A stretch of 32,000 nt of DNA, from assembly GCA_910588245.1 (NCBI GenBank), contig CAJUQP010000008.1, forward strand, positions 56,706 to 88,705, in the 5' to 3' direction. Within the stretch, counting starts at the first letter, position 1. Each line of letters begins with the position of its first letter. The stretch is from an uncultured Muribaculaceae bacterium (GTDB taxonomy: Bacteria > Bacteroidota > Bacteroidia > Bacteroidales > Muribaculaceae). Shown piece by piece: positions 31,683 to 32,000 of the stretch. Under the pieces are notes generated by a model. It made no database searches and was not told the DNA's origin. It saw only the letters and a list, made by a program, of their open reading frames with translations. Made by a program: the position numbers and the translations under genes.

Positions 31683-32000
31683 AATGCTTCAGAATGAAGG
31701 AGGGTCACGAAGAAAAGTGCATGAGGGCCAAATTGCGAATGATATGCGGCAAGCACCGGGGGGAGGACACGGTCGTTCCAGTCGTGAGCCGCCTCCGACG
31801 TGAGAAAATCGGCCTGCAAGGCTATGCTGAGGCCATGCTCGGGCCCGGGCACCTCGCCACCCACCTCTATCACGGTCTGCAGACGCGGATCGCATCCGGT
31901 CGTATCATTACCGAACAGCAGAGGCGTTGCCTCCTCTTTCATCCAGCTCAGGAAACGGCGACGCTGCTCATGCGCCATGACAAAGGTGACATTGACTATG
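31679..32000 (-). CDS. DUF4286-like small protein, partial (N-terminus beyond the right edge)
   Basis: The minus-strand frame stays open to the window edge (..[28 protein letters not shown]..). The NVT..V....FL.WMKEE pattern and the position directly upstream of ruvC match what I recall for DUF4286 genes in Bacteroidales. The internal Met at 31978 is probably not the start. Confidence 0.55.
   Translation of the reverse strand, partial: IVNVTFVMAHEQRRRFLSWMKEEATPLLFGNDTTGCDPRLQTVIEVGGEVPGPEHGLSIALQADFLTSEAAHDWNDRVLPPVLAAYHSQFGPHALFFVTLLHSEAL

Overview
The window looks like Bacteroidota, probably Bacteroidales. Evidence: a SusC/SusD pair, lipobox lipoproteins, a T9SS C-terminal sorting domain, and TAnnTTTG-type promoter boxes. 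I call 19 coding regions (two of them partial) plus one gene fragment. I saw no rRNA, tRNA, CRISPR array, integrase or transposase.

Layout, left to right:
1. A tandem array of surface cassettes runs off the left edge. Each unit is an Ala-rich coiled-coil lipoprotein followed by a 251-aa outer-membrane beta-barrel. The two barrel genes are identical in protein and nearly identical in DNA (an ~850-bp direct repeat, period 2753 bp). The lipoproteins are only ~50% identical.
2. A 590-bp repeat-laden intergenic region precedes a GH95 fucosidase on the + strand.
3. The GH95 gene converges on a long minus-strand gene string. A high-GC GH63-like/GH2 (lacZ-type) pair comes first, then a split LysO/DUF340 exporter. 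A ~10.9-kb block of clearly lower GC follows, carrying SusC, SusD, a second GH63-like gene and a second GH2. This block looks like a horizontally acquired PUL that duplicates the resident two-enzyme module.
4. An AT-rich junction contains an Abi-like gene fragment.
5. A tricorn-like S41 protease is translationally coupled (ATGA overlap) to a transmembrane TPR-LuxR regulator.
6. A T9SS-secreted endonuclease I sits next to deoC, followed by ruvC and a partial DUF4286 gene.

Best candidates for something new:
- the homogenised-barrel/diverged-lipoprotein cassette array;
- the protease plus TPR-LuxR pair;
- the twice-occurring GH63-like/GH2 module.

All family assignments rest on motifs I recognise by eye. 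No database search was run.
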